From an uncultured Actinomycetota bacterium (GTDB lineage Bacteria; Actinomycetota; Actinomycetes; JAFAQI01): a DNA stretch of 64,000 nucleotides. The position numbers and the translations under genes were made by a program. This document shows, one piece after another, positions 51,637 to 61,092 of the stretch. The number at the start of each line of letters is the position of its first letter. The stretch's first letter is position 1. Where the stretch lies: contig CAVYQE010000002.1 of NCBI GenBank assembly GCA_963770565.1, forward strand, positions 384,001-448,000. The letters are read 5' to 3'. A model generated the notes under the pieces. The model had not been told where the DNA came from. It did not search any database and was given only the letters and a program-made list of their open reading frames with translations.

Positions 51637-52701
51637 GTGAAGGTTTCACTTGTCATGCGTACCGCGGGCGTCGCCACGGTCGCCGCACTCGGGCTTGCCG
51701 CCTGCGGTGGGGGCAGTGGGGGCAGCAGTGGGAGCAGCACGAGCCTGAGCCCTCAAGGATCGACCTTCCAGCAGTCGCTCGAGCAGCAGTGGGCCACGAA
51801 GTACCACGCCGCCCACTCGAGCGCACAGATCACCTACAGCGGCACCGGATCGAGCGCTGGCATCCAGCAGTTCACCTCGGGCAAGATCCCGTTCGCCGGC
51901 TCGGACGTGACCATGACCTCGCAGGAGCAGTCGCAGGCGAACTCCGCATGCGGCAGCACGGCGCTGACCATCCCGATCACCTCGGGCGGCGTCGCGATCA
52001 TGTACAACCTGCCCAGCGTGACCTCGCCACTGAACCTGTCCGCCGCAACCGTGGCCGGCATCTTCATGGGCAAGATCACCGCCTGGAACGACCCCCAGAT
52101 CGCTGCCGACAACCCCGGCGCGACGCTCCCCAGCACGCCGATCTCGGTCTACCACCGAGCCGACGGCTCCGGCACGACGGACGTGCTCTCCGGATTCCTG
52201 ACCGCGATCGCGCCGTCGGTGTGGACGCTCGGTGTTAACAAGGAGTTCAGCAGCTGGCCGACCGGCACCGGCGCGACCGGTTCCTCCGGCGTGGCCCAGG
52301 GCGTGAAGAGCACGGTGGGCGGCATCACCTACGCCGAGATCACCTACGCGCAGCAGGACAACCTGCAGACCGCGGCGATCAAGGGCGGGAGTGGCAGCTT
52401 CGTCAACATCTCGCCGGCGACCGTGGCGAAGTCGATCAACAGCGGCTTCTCGATCACCGGCACCGGCAACGACCTGGCCGGAAGCCTGTCGTTCACCAGC
52501 ATGACCGGCTATCCGATCTCGACGGTCTCCTACGTCCTGGTCTGCTCGAAGTACAAGAACAGCGGCGAGGGCACCTTGGTGAAGAACTACCTGACCTACG
52601 CCATCGGCGCCGGCCAGGGTGAGGCAGCAGCGCTCGGTTTCGCGCCACTGCCCGCGTCGCTCGACACCAAGGCAAAGGCCTCGGTGGCCTCGATCAGCTA
52701 G
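51637..52701 (+). CDS. pstS: Phosphate ABC transporter substrate-binding lipoprotein
   Basis: LAAC lipobox, GSTF, GSSAG, FAGSD, HRADGSGTT, YPI. Confidence 0.95.
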   Translation: MKVSLVMRTAGVATVAALGLAACGGGSGGSSGSSTSLSPQGSTFQQSLEQQWATKYHAAHSSAQITYSGTGSSAGIQQFTSGKIPFAGSDVTMTSQEQSQANSACGSTALTIPITSGGVAIMYNLPSVTSPLNLSAATVAGIFMGKITAWNDPQIAADNPGATLPSTPISVYHRADGSGTTDVLSGFLTAIAPSVWTLGVNKEFSSWPTGTGATGSSGVAQGVKSTVGGITYAEITYAQQDNLQTAAIKGGSGSFVNISPATVAKSINSGFSITGTGNDLAGSLSFTSMTGYPISTVSYVLVCSKYKNSGEGTLVKNYLTYAIGAGQGEAAALGFAPLPASLDTKAKASVASIS

Positions 52702-52720
52702 CGGGAGCCAATACGGCACC

Positions 52721-53710
52721 ATGAGCACCGTGGAAACGACGCTCGACACCACGTCGCTGCGCGCGAGCCAATCCGGCCGCCGCGGCGACGTGGTGTTCCG
52801 CGGTCTCACCCTGGCGGCCGGCTCGCTGGTTTTCGTCGTACTCGGAGCCATTGCGGTCTTCCTGGTGGTGAAGGCGGTGCCCTCACTTCGGGCCGACACC
52901 ACCAGCTTCTGGGCCACCAAGACCTGGTCGGCGTCGGTCGGCTCGGCGAGCTTCGGGATCGCCGCGCTGGTCTTCGGCACCGTGCTGACCAGCGTTCTCG
53001 CGCTGGTGATGGCGGTGCCGGTCGCACTCGGCGTCGCGATCTACACGACCGAGTACGCACCACGGCGGCTGTCGACGCTGCTCGGCTACGTCACGGACAT
53101 GCTGGCCGCAGTACCCAGCATCGTCTATGGCTTGTGGGGGCTCTACCTGCTGTTGCCACACCTGACCGGAGTGCAGAGCTTCCTGGCCAAGTACTTCGGC
53201 TGGATCCCGCTTTTCAACGACCCCGGCGGCCGGGCCGCGTTGTTCAGCAAGTCGATCTTCGGCGCCGCGGTCGTGCTGGCGATCATGATCCTGCCGATCG
53301 TCGCGGCGGTGAGCCGCGAGGTGCTCCGCCAGGTGGATCCGGCCCAGAAGGAGGCCGCGCTCGCACTCGGCGCCACCCGTTGGGAGATGGTCCGGCTCTC
53401 GGTCCTGCCCCCGAGCCGGCCCGGGATCATCAGCGCGACGATGCTCGGTCTCGGCCGCGCTCTCGGCGAGACGATCGCGGTCGCACTCGTCATCGGTGAC
53501 GCCTTCTCGATCAGCTGGAAGGTGCTGCCGTCCGGCGGCAACACGATCGCAGCCAATATCGCCAACCTGTTTGGCGACGCGGACTCGATCGGTCGCTCTG
53601 CGCTGATCGCGAGCGGGCTCGTGTTGTTCGTGCTCACCCTCGCGGTCAACCTGGCCGCCCGCTACATCATCCTTCGGTCCGGCACTGAAGAGCGGAGCTC
53701 GGCGGTATGA
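52721..53710 (+). CDS. pstC: Phosphate ABC transporter permease
   Basis: LAAVPSIVYGLWG, EAALALGATRWE, LGRALGET. Confidence 0.95.
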   Translation: MSTVETTLDTTSLRASQSGRRGDVVFRGLTLAAGSLVFVVLGAIAVFLVVKAVPSLRADTTSFWATKTWSASVGSASFGIAALVFGTVLTSVLALVMAVPVALGVAIYTTEYAPRRLSTLLGYVTDMLAAVPSIVYGLWGLYLLLPHLTGVQSFLAKYFGWIPLFNDPGGRAALFSKSIFGAAVVLAIMILPIVAAVSREVLRQVDPAQKEAALALGATRWEMVRLSVLPPSRPGIISATMLGLGRALGETIAVALVIGDAFSISWKVLPSGGNTIAANIANLFGDADSIGRSALIASGLVLFVLTLAVNLAARYIILRSGTEERSSAV

Positions 53711-54759
53711 GCGCGGCGACAGCCAGCGACCTCGGCGCCAGCGGGCTGCGCCAGGCCTCGCTGCCGCCGTGGGCCGTGGCGGCGACCACGATCGGCGCCA
53801 TCCTGGTGACGCTCCTGCTCTTCGCGGTGACCGGATTCCAGGGCGACGCGGACTTCCTGGTCGTGGCCACGCTGCTCGTGGTCGTCGCGGTCACCGTGAC
53901 CAGTTGGATCGTCGAAGGACGGCGGCGGGCGATCGACCGGATCGCCACCAACCTCGCCCTGGTTAGCTTGATCCTCACGGTGCTGCCGCTCTGCTACGTG
54001 ATCGGCTACGTGATCAAGCGCGGGCACGTCCGCTTCGGCTGGAGCTTCCTGACCGGCGATGCGAGCCTCGGCCCGTCGTCCCTGGGCGGTGGCATCGGGC
54101 ACGCGATCCTCGGCACCCTGGAGCAGGTGCTGATCGCCACGGCGTTCGCGCTGCCACTCGGTGTGCTGGTCGCGATCTTCATCACCGAGTACGGCGACAA
54201 CCGGATGGCCACCGCCGTACGGTTCCTCGTCGACGTCATGACCGGCATCCCGTCGATCGTCGCCGGGTTGTTCGTCCTCGCCTTCTGGATCATCGCGCTC
54301 AACCAGGGGTTCTCGGGCTTCGCGGCGTCGATCGCGCTCACGATCATCGAGCTGCCGATCGTGGTCCGGACATCCGAGGAGATGATCCGGCTGGTGCCGA
54401 TGGCGTTGCGCGAGGCGTCGTACGCCCTTGGCATCCCGAAGTGGAAGACCATCATGCGGGTCGTGCTGCCGGCCGCGTCGACCGGCATCACCACCGGCGT
54501 CATGCTCGCCGTCGCCCGGGTGATCGGCGAGACCGCGCCGGTCTTGCTAGTGGCCGGCAACAATTTCTTCTTCAATCGCAACCCGTTCAGCGGAGACCAG
54601 GCATCGTTGCCGGTCTACATCTTCCAGAACGCCCAGTCGCCGTCGGCCTTCAACGTCCAGCGGGCCTGGGCGGCGGCACTGACCCTCATACTTATCGTCG
54701 TGGTGCTCTACGTGGCGGCCCGGCTGCTGACCCGGCGCAACCAGCTGGCCGGGAGGTAA
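53707..54759 (+). CDS. pstA: Phosphate ABC transporter permease
   Basis: GIPSIVAGLF, EASYALG, ARVIGETAP. Confidence 0.95.
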   Translation: MSAATASDLGASGLRQASLPPWAVAATTIGAILVTLLLFAVTGFQGDADFLVVATLLVVVAVTVTSWIVEGRRRAIDRIATNLALVSLILTVLPLCYVIGYVIKRGHVRFGWSFLTGDASLGPSSLGGGIGHAILGTLEQVLIATAFALPLGVLVAIFITEYGDNRMATAVRFLVDVMTGIPSIVAGLFVLAFWIIALNQGFSGFAASIALTIIELPIVVRTSEEMIRLVPMALREASYALGIPKWKTIMRVVLPAASTGITTGVMLAVARVIGETAPVLLVAGNNFFFNRNPFSGDQASLPVYIFQNAQSPSAFNVQRAWAAALTLILIVVVLYVAARLLTRRNQLAGR

Positions 54760-54765
54760 CCGCAG

Positions 54766-55542
54766 GTGTCCAAACGGATCGAGACCATCGACCTGTCCTG
54801 CCTCTACAACGGGGTCAAGGCGGTCGAGGGCGTCAGCATCACGATCGAACCTAAGAGCGTCACGGCGTTCATCGGGCCGAGCGGTTGCGGCAAGTCCACG
54901 TTCCTGCGCGCCCTCAACCGGATGCACGAGGTGGTCCCCCGGGCCACCATCGAAGGCCACGTGTTGCTTGACGACGAGGACATCTACGCGGCAGGGATCG
55001 ACGCCGCCGCGGTCCGCCGAACGATCGGCATGGTCTTCCAGAAGCCCAACCCGTTCCCGACCATGTCGATCTACGACAACGTCGCCGCCGGGCTCAAGCT
55101 CAACGGGCTGCGCAAGAAGGGCGACCTCGACGTCGCGGTCGAACGCTCGCTGCGCGGCGCGAACCTTTGGGAAGAGGTTCGCAACCGGCTCAACAAGCCG
55201 GGCATGAGCCTGTCCGGCGGCCAGCAGCAGCGACTGTGCATTGCTCGCGCGATCGCGGTCGAGCCGAAGGTGCTGCTGATGGACGAGCCGTGCAGCGCCC
55301 TCGACCCGATCTCCACCCTTGCGATCGAGGACCTGGTCACCGAGCTCAAGGACCGCTACACGATCGTGATCGTGACCCACAACATGCAGCAGGCCGCCCG
55401 GGTCTCGGATGTCACCGCGTTCTTCACCCTCAAGGGCCCCGGCGAGCCGGGCGTCCTGATTGAGGTCGACGCCACCCAGAAGATCTTCACCAATCCGACC
55501 GAGAAGCGCACCGAGGACTACATCACCGGCCGTTTCGGCTAG
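54766..55542 (+). CDS. pstB: Phosphate ABC transporter ATPase
   Basis: [39 protein letters not shown]. Confidence 0.96.
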   Translation: MSKRIETIDLSCLYNGVKAVEGVSITIEPKSVTAFIGPSGCGKSTFLRALNRMHEVVPRATIEGHVLLDDEDIYAAGIDAAAVRRTIGMVFQKPNPFPTMSIYDNVAAGLKLNGLRKKGDLDVAVERSLRGANLWEEVRNRLNKPGMSLSGGQQQRLCIARAIAVEPKVLLMDEPCSALDPISTLAIEDLVTELKDRYTIVIVTHNMQQAARVSDVTAFFTLKGPGEPGVLIEVDATQKIFTNPTEKRTEDYITGRFG

Positions 55543-55570
55543 CCGGCACGGTAGGCGCACACTGGTGGAC

Positions 55571-55855
55571 ATGGCGAGTGCGGGAGACGACCCGATCCTC
55601 GTCACTACCGCGCCCATGAGCCCGGCCGAGGAGCGCGACCGCCGCCAGCGTCGTTACCTGATCACTATGGGCGTCCGCGTCGTCGCGTTCGTCCTGGCGA
55701 TCTTCCTGACCTCCGGCTGGGTGCGGGTGGTCCTGATCGCGCTGGCGCTGGTATTGCCGTGGGTCGCGGTGATCCTGGCCAACGCCGGGCCGACGCGGCG
55801 GCCGCCCGAGACGCCCTCCCTGTACGCCGGCGAGAAACCCCGCGAGTTGACCTGA
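55571..55855 (+). CDS. DUF3099 family membrane protein
   Basis: RQRRYLITMGVR, LPWVAVILANAG. Confidence 0.85.
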   Translation: MASAGDDPILVTTAPMSPAEERDRRQRRYLITMGVRVVAFVLAIFLTSGWVRVVLIALALVLPWVAVILANAGPTRRPPETPSLYAGEKPRELT

Positions 55856-55874
55856 TCCTCGACCGGGCCGATGG

Positions 55875-56867
55875 CTATCGCAGCGCAAGCTGGGTCAGTC
55901 CGAACACTCCGGCCGCCATCAGCCCGGCCGCCGGTAGCGTCAGCACCCAGGCCAACAGGATGTTTCCAGCAACTCCCCACCTCACCGCGGACAGCTTGCG
56001 GGTGGCCCCGACTCCCATGACCGACGACGTGATGACGTGTGTGGTCGAGATCGGTGCGGCGTAGACATACGCGGTGGTGAGCAGGACGGCGGACGCGACC
56101 GACTGCGCGACGAAGCCCGAGGTGTTGTCGAGCTTGAACACCCGCCGACCGAGCGTGCGCATGATCCGCCAGCCACCCGACGCCGTACCGGCACTGATTG
56201 CGATCGCGCACGCGAACTTCACCCAGAGCGGCACCATGAACACCGACAGGTGGTGAGTGACAACAAGGGCAAGGGCGATCACGCCCATCGTCTTCTGCGC
56301 GTCCTGCAGCCCGTGGCCGAACGCCATCGCCGCAGACGAGCCCCACTGGCCGATCCGAAAGCCGACGTTGGCATCGCGCGGGTTAGCGCGGCGCATCAGC
56401 CACAGCACCGCGATCATCACCACGAAGGCGAGGGCGAAGCCGACCACCGGCGACAGCACCATCGGGATGATGACCTTCTGGATCACCGCGTGCCACTTCA
56501 CGTGACCGCTCGACGCGATCGCGGCCCCGCACAACCCGCCGATCAAGGCGTGCGACGACGACGACGGCAGGCCGAAGTACCAGGTGATGAGATTCCAGAT
56601 CGTCGCGCCGACCACGGCGGCGAAGACCACGGTGAGACCTTCGGTGGTGTCCGGCGCCGAGATGATGCCGCCGACTGTGTTGGCGACCTTGGTCGACACC
56701 AGCGAGCCGAGGAGGTTGAAGACTGCGGCCAGGGTGAGCGCGGCCCGCGGGCTCAGTGCTCGAGTCGACACCGAGGTTGCGATGGCGTTCGCCGCGTCGT
56801 GGAAACCGTTCGTGTAGTCGAATCCGAGGGCGACAATGATCAACACGACCAACCCGAGGGTCTCCAC
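55875..56867 (-). CDS. pit: Inorganic phosphate transporter (PiT family)
   Basis: NGFHDAANAIA, PSSSSHAL, HGLQDAQK, PISTTH. Confidence 0.95.
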   Translation of the reverse strand: METLGLVVLIIVALGFDYTNGFHDAANAIATSVSTRALSPRAALTLAAVFNLLGSLVSTKVANTVGGIISAPDTTEGLTVVFAAVVGATIWNLITWYFGLPSSSSHALIGGLCGAAIASSGHVKWHAVIQKVIIPMVLSPVVGFALAFVVMIAVLWLMRRANPRDANVGFRIGQWGSSAAMAFGHGLQDAQKTMGVIALALVVTHHLSVFMVPLWVKFACAIAISAGTASGGWRIMRTLGRRVFKLDNTSGFVAQSVASAVLLTTAYVYAAPISTTHVITSSVMGVGATRKLSAVRWGVAGNILLAWVLTLPAAGLMAAGVFGLTQLALR

Positions 56868-56875
56868 GGTTGGTC

Positions 56876-57496
56876 TCAGGACTCCTTGACGGCGATGGTC
56901 TCGACGGTGTTGGCGACGTTCTCCAGTGCGTCGGCTGCACCTTCGAGCTGCTCAGCGACCTCCTTCATCTTCATCACGGTCAGTGCGTCGTACTCGCCGC
57001 CGAACAGCCGGGCGAGAAACCGGCGGTAGAGCTTGTCGGCATCGTCCTCGAGCCGGTTGATGTCGATCCAGTAGTCGCTGAGGTTGGTCAGCGACCGCAG
57101 GCGCGGCATCGCCCCCGCGGTCAGCTCGGCGCCGCGCACCAGGATCTCGGCCATCCGATGCATCTCAGGAGGCAGGATGTCGAGGTCGTAGAGGACCACC
57201 AGGTCGCCGGCGGCCTCGATGAAGTCCAGGACGTCGTCGAGGCGGCCTGCCAGCCGGTAGATGTCCTCCCGGTCGAACGGGGTGACGAAGGTCGAGTTGA
57301 CCTCGCGCAGGATGGCGTGAGTTCGGTCGTCTCCGACGTGCTCGAGGTCGCGCAGCTCCTTTGCCAGCACCGGCCGGGCACCCGGCGTCGCACTGACCAG
57401 CGACTCGAGCGTGTGAGCACCCTCGAGCAGGTTGTTCGCCGCGGCGGTGAAGAGCTCATAGAAGACGTTCGAGCGGGGCGTCAGCCGAAGGCGCAC
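56876..57496 (-). CDS. DUF47 / Pit accessory protein
   Basis: EHVGD, TFVTPFDREDI, LDDVLD, LEDDAD, IAVKES. Confidence 0.92.
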   Translation of the reverse strand: MRLRLTPRSNVFYELFTAAANNLLEGAHTLESLVSATPGARPVLAKELRDLEHVGDDRTHAILREVNSTFVTPFDREDIYRLAGRLDDVLDFIEAAGDLVVLYDLDILPPEMHRMAEILVRGAELTAGAMPRLRSLTNLSDYWIDINRLEDDADKLYRRFLARLFGGEYDALTVMKMKEVAEQLEGAADALENVANTVETIAVKES

Positions 57497-57511
57497 GGCC
57501 AACACCCTAGA

Positions 57512-57544
57512 GGTAGGTGAAGGCCGGGTGAACGCCAGATGAAC
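57512..57544 (-). promoter_or_regulatory. Three PHO-box repeats upstream of DUF47-pit
   Basis: Minus strand GTTCATCTGGC GTTCACCCGGC CTTCACCTACC, exact 11-nt period. Confidence 0.8.
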
Positions 57545-57546
57545 CG

Positions 57547-58323
57547 CTAGGCCCTATCGGGCTTCGCGGTTGCCAGGCCCAAGCGGGTGGCGAGCTCGGC
57601 CCACAACCCCCGGTACGCCGCTGCGCCTGCGCTCTCCGGGGAGGTCGCGACGATCGGCCGACGGCGCTGTGCCATTCGCTCGATCAGCGCGCTGTTCGGG
57701 ACGACGGTCCTGGCCACGTCGGCGTACCGGCCGTGCAACAGGTCGACCACATCGCGATGCAGCGCCCGGCGGCGCTCGACCATCGACAGGAACGCCATCA
57801 CGTCGACGTCGCTGCCGGTGTGGGTCGCCAGGTCGACGACCTGGTCGAGGGTCCGCAACGACAACGGCGACGGCACAATCGGCACCAGGACGACGTCCGC
57901 GGCGTGCACGATGTTGGCGGACAGCAGTGACAACCCGGCCGGGCAGTCGAGGATCACCAGGTCGTAGTCCGCGGCGAACCCGGCCAGCACCTTGGCGACC
58001 CGGTGCTCGCTGCGCTTCATGGCGTTGAGATCGACATCGGTCGACGCGTACGACGTATCCGCAGGAAGCAGATCGAGGCCGGGATCCGCCGTCTCGCGGA
58101 TCGCGCGGGCGGCATCGCTCTTGCCTTGCAGCAGCCGCCGGCTGCCGCCCTTTACCTTGGTCCGGCCACGCAGCAGGAAGGTCGCACCGGCCTGCGAGTC
58201 GAGGTCCCACAACAGGGTCCGGTGACCGTCGCGGGCGGCCAACCAGGCGAGGTTGACGGCGGCAGCGGTCTTGCCCACGCCGCCCTTGACGGCGTAGCAC
58301 GCGACAACCTTCATGTGCTGCAT
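57547..58323 (-). CDS. Orphan ParA/Soj family ATPase
   Basis: KGGVGKT, LWDLDSQ, LDCPA; no parB adjacent. Confidence 0.9.
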   Translation of the reverse strand: MQHMKVVACYAVKGGVGKTAAAVNLAWLAARDGHRTLLWDLDSQAGATFLLRGRTKVKGGSRRLLQGKSDAARAIRETADPGLDLLPADTSYASTDVDLNAMKRSEHRVAKVLAGFAADYDLVILDCPAGLSLLSANIVHAADVVLVPIVPSPLSLRTLDQVVDLATHTGSDVDVMAFLSMVERRRALHRDVVDLLHGRYADVARTVVPNSALIERMAQRRRPIVATSPESAGAAAYRGLWAELATRLGLATAKPDRA

Positions 58324-58415
58324 CGTCTCAGTAGCGGCCGTACACCCCAAACACCAGCGGTGAGTAACACTGGTGGCATCGAAGCGGTTCGTCGATTTCG
58401 CCTGAGGAGTCAGCC

Positions 58416-59630
58416 TTGACCGACTTTTCGCTGGATCTCACCGAGGACCAGATCACGCTGCGCAAGTGGCTGCACGACTTCGCCGCCGACGTGATCCGGC
58501 CGGCTGCGCACGAGTGGGACGAGCGCGAGGAGACGCCCTGGCCGGTGATCAAGGAGGCGGCGAAGGTCGGCATCTACTCGCTCGACTTCATGGCCCAGCA
58601 GTGGTTCGACGCGACCGGGCTCGGCATGGTCATCGCCCAGGAGGAGCTGTTCTGGGGCGATGCCGGCATCGGGCTCTCGCTGATGGGCACCGGGCTCGCG
58701 GCGGCGGCGGTCAGCGCCAACGGCACCCAGGAGCAGATCGGCGAGTTCGTCACAGCGATGTACGGAACCCCGGACGACCCTAAGCTCGGCGCCTTCTGCT
58801 CCTCCGAGCCCGACGCCGGCAGCGACGTCGGCGCGATGAAGACCCGCGCGGTCTACCTCGAGGCCAGCGACGAATGGGTCATCAACGGCACCAAGACCTG
58901 GGCGACCAACGGCGGCATCGCGGACTGGCACGTCGTGGTCGCGAGCGTCGACCCCTCGCTCGGCACCCGCGGCCAGGCCTCCTTCGCGATCCCGCCCGGC
59001 ACGAAGGGTCTGAGCCAGGGACAGAAGTTCAAGAAGCACGGCATCCGCGCCTCGCATACCGCCGAAGTGGTACTCGATGACATTCACCTTCCGGGCAGGT
59101 TTCTGTTGGGTGGCAAGGAGAAGCTCGATGATCGGTTGCATCGGGCCCGCGACGGGATCAGGGGCCACTCGCAACCATCGATGGCGACGTTCGAACGCAC
59201 CCGGCCGACCGTCGGCGCACAAGCGGTCGGCATCGCGCGAGCCGCGTACGAGGTTGCACTGGACTACGCGAAGGAACGCGAGCAGTTCGGGCGGCCGATC
59301 ATCGAGAACCAGGGCATCGCCTTCAAGCTCGCGGACATGAAAGTCCGGATCGATGCGTCCCGCTTGCTGGTCTGGCGCGCCGCCTGGATGGCCAGGCAGG
59401 GCAAGGAGTTCGTCGCGGCCGAGGGCTCGCAGTGCAAGCTGTTCGCCGGTGAGACTGCGGTGTGGGTGACCGAGCAGGCGATCCAGATCCTCGGCGGCAA
59501 CGGCTACACCCGCGAATACCCCGTCGAGCGGATGCACCGCGACGCCAAGATCTACACGATCTTCGAGGGCACCTCGGAGATCCAGCGCCTGGTCATCGCC
59601 CGAGCAATCAGCGGTGTCCACATCAACTAG
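58416..59630 (+). CDS. Acyl-CoA dehydrogenase
   Basis: [41 protein letters not shown]. Confidence 0.95.
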   Translation: MTDFSLDLTEDQITLRKWLHDFAADVIRPAAHEWDEREETPWPVIKEAAKVGIYSLDFMAQQWFDATGLGMVIAQEELFWGDAGIGLSLMGTGLAAAAVSANGTQEQIGEFVTAMYGTPDDPKLGAFCSSEPDAGSDVGAMKTRAVYLEASDEWVINGTKTWATNGGIADWHVVVASVDPSLGTRGQASFAIPPGTKGLSQGQKFKKHGIRASHTAEVVLDDIHLPGRFLLGGKEKLDDRLHRARDGIRGHSQPSMATFERTRPTVGAQAVGIARAAYEVALDYAKEREQFGRPIIENQGIAFKLADMKVRIDASRLLVWRAAWMARQGKEFVAAEGSQCKLFAGETAVWVTEQAIQILGGNGYTREYPVERMHRDAKIYTIFEGTSEIQRLVIARAISGVHIN

Positions 59631-59840
59631 CTGTGCGCAGGCCGCAGACGAGGCGCCCGTGACGATCGAGGTCGGGCAAAGGCCGGGCGTGTGTCGGCCC
59701 GGGTCCTGGCCGGATTCGTTGGGCTGGAACGAAAACACCTTGCTGATTCCCGGCTGACCCTCAGCGTTCTCGGAGCCTTGCTCGGCACCTTGGGTGGCAA
59801 GCCCGGGACAGCCCTGGGCGCACCCGAAAGGAAGCCAGCA

Positions 59841-60353
59841 ATGCCCAAATACCCTTCCCTCGCCCGCAAGTCCCTGGTGGTCGGCGCCCTCGTGGTCGGC
59901 ACCACCGCGGGAGCTGCCGGCATCGCGGCGGCCGCCACCGGCGGCTCACCATCAAGCTCGTCGCACTCGACCGCCCCGTCCAGCGGCTATGGCACCCAAC
60001 CCCAGGGCGGCTCGGGCGCCCCGGGCAACCCCGCAACCATGACGCACGGACCCAACGAGACCCTTCTCAGCGGGACGAGCCTGCAGAAGGCCGATGCGGC
60101 CGCCACCGCGGCCGAACCGGGCGCCACCGTGGTCCGGGCTGAGACCGACTCGTCGGGCAAGGGCACCTATGAGGTGCACATGAAGAAGACCGATGGCAGC
60201 TACGTCACTGTGTACCTCGACTCCAACGACAAGGTGACCAGCACGGCCAGCGGTTTCGGTGGTGGCCCGGCCGGCCAGCGTGCTCCGAGTGGCAGCCAGC
60301 CGCCGGCCAATGGCCAGGCACCTGGCAGCAACCCATCCTCGGCAACTGCCTGA
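59841..60353 (+). CDS. Secreted PepSY-like domain protein
   Basis: AAAGGA RBS, signal peptide, AATAAEPGATVVRAETD..YEVHM.K.DG. Confidence 0.8.
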   Translation: MPKYPSLARKSLVVGALVVGTTAGAAGIAAAATGGSPSSSSHSTAPSSGYGTQPQGGSGAPGNPATMTHGPNETLLSGTSLQKADAAATAAEPGATVVRAETDSSGKGTYEVHMKKTDGSYVTVYLDSNDKVTSTASGFGGGPAGQRAPSGSQPPANGQAPGSNPSSATA

Positions 60354-60361
60354 CCTGAGCC

Positions 60362-60395
60362 GTCGGGTGCTTCCACCTCTTTGGGAGCACCCGAC
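60362..60395. terminator. Hairpin between convergent genes
   Basis: GTCGGGTGCTTCCA-CCTCTT-TGGGAGCACCCGAC. Confidence 0.7.
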
Positions 60396-60429
60396 ACCGG
60401 CCCGATCCGCCTCTAGGCCGACCGGGGCA

Positions 60430-61068
60430 CTAGCCCTTGTGCGAGCGCTGCCCGAACCACGCGACCGCGATGTCGACCCGGCCGACGATCTTGTAGACCC
60501 CGTGCATGCGCTTGCCTTTGCGGATCGTCCACGGCGAACTCGACTTGTCCACCGGGCCGACCAGGACGACCGAGAAGCCCTGGACCTCGTAGTTGATCCG
60601 CATGCCGTTGACCGTGCTGGTGGCGCCTTGAAGCAGGACCATGCGCTTGCCGCCGACCTGCACACCCCAGGGCAGCGTGGCCGGCGAACCGAACCCACCC
60701 GTGTTGTCATAGCCCTTGGTGACGTGCAGGCGGGTCACCTTGTGCGAGTACGGCGCCGGGAGGCAGTCGACGAACGCCTTGTTGCTCGTCACCCAGCACG
60801 GGTCGATCACGGCGTTGCCGGCGAAGCAGCGATAGGCGTTGCCGGTCGCCTCCGAGCCGGACAAGCAGTGCGCCCCGGTAAGCCGGTGCGTGACGGTGTA
60901 GCCGGATCGCAAGGCGCCGGTCGCGGTCACCGGCCGGACCCGGCTCACAACCGTGGGCGCGGTCGCGCGGGCAATCGGCCGATGCGCGGCCGCGCCGGCC
61001 GGCGAAGCGGCGAGCGCGAGCCCACCGACGGCGAGCAGGACGGTCACAAGGGCAGCTAGACGTCGCAT
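60430..61068 (-). CDS. Secreted hypothetical protein (4 Cys)
   Basis: Signal peptide; HC...AYRCF...IDPCW...VDC, PWGVQ. Confidence 0.75.
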   Translation of the reverse strand: MRRLAALVTVLLAVGGLALAASPAGAAAHRPIARATAPTVVSRVRPVTATGALRSGYTVTHRLTGAHCLSGSEATGNAYRCFAGNAVIDPCWVTSNKAFVDCLPAPYSHKVTRLHVTKGYDNTGGFGSPATLPWGVQVGGKRMVLLQGATSTVNGMRINYEVQGFSVVLVGPVDKSSSPWTIRKGKRMHGVYKIVGRVDIAVAWFGQRSHKG

Positions 61069-61092
61069 CCGCTCACGATATGACCTGGAGCA

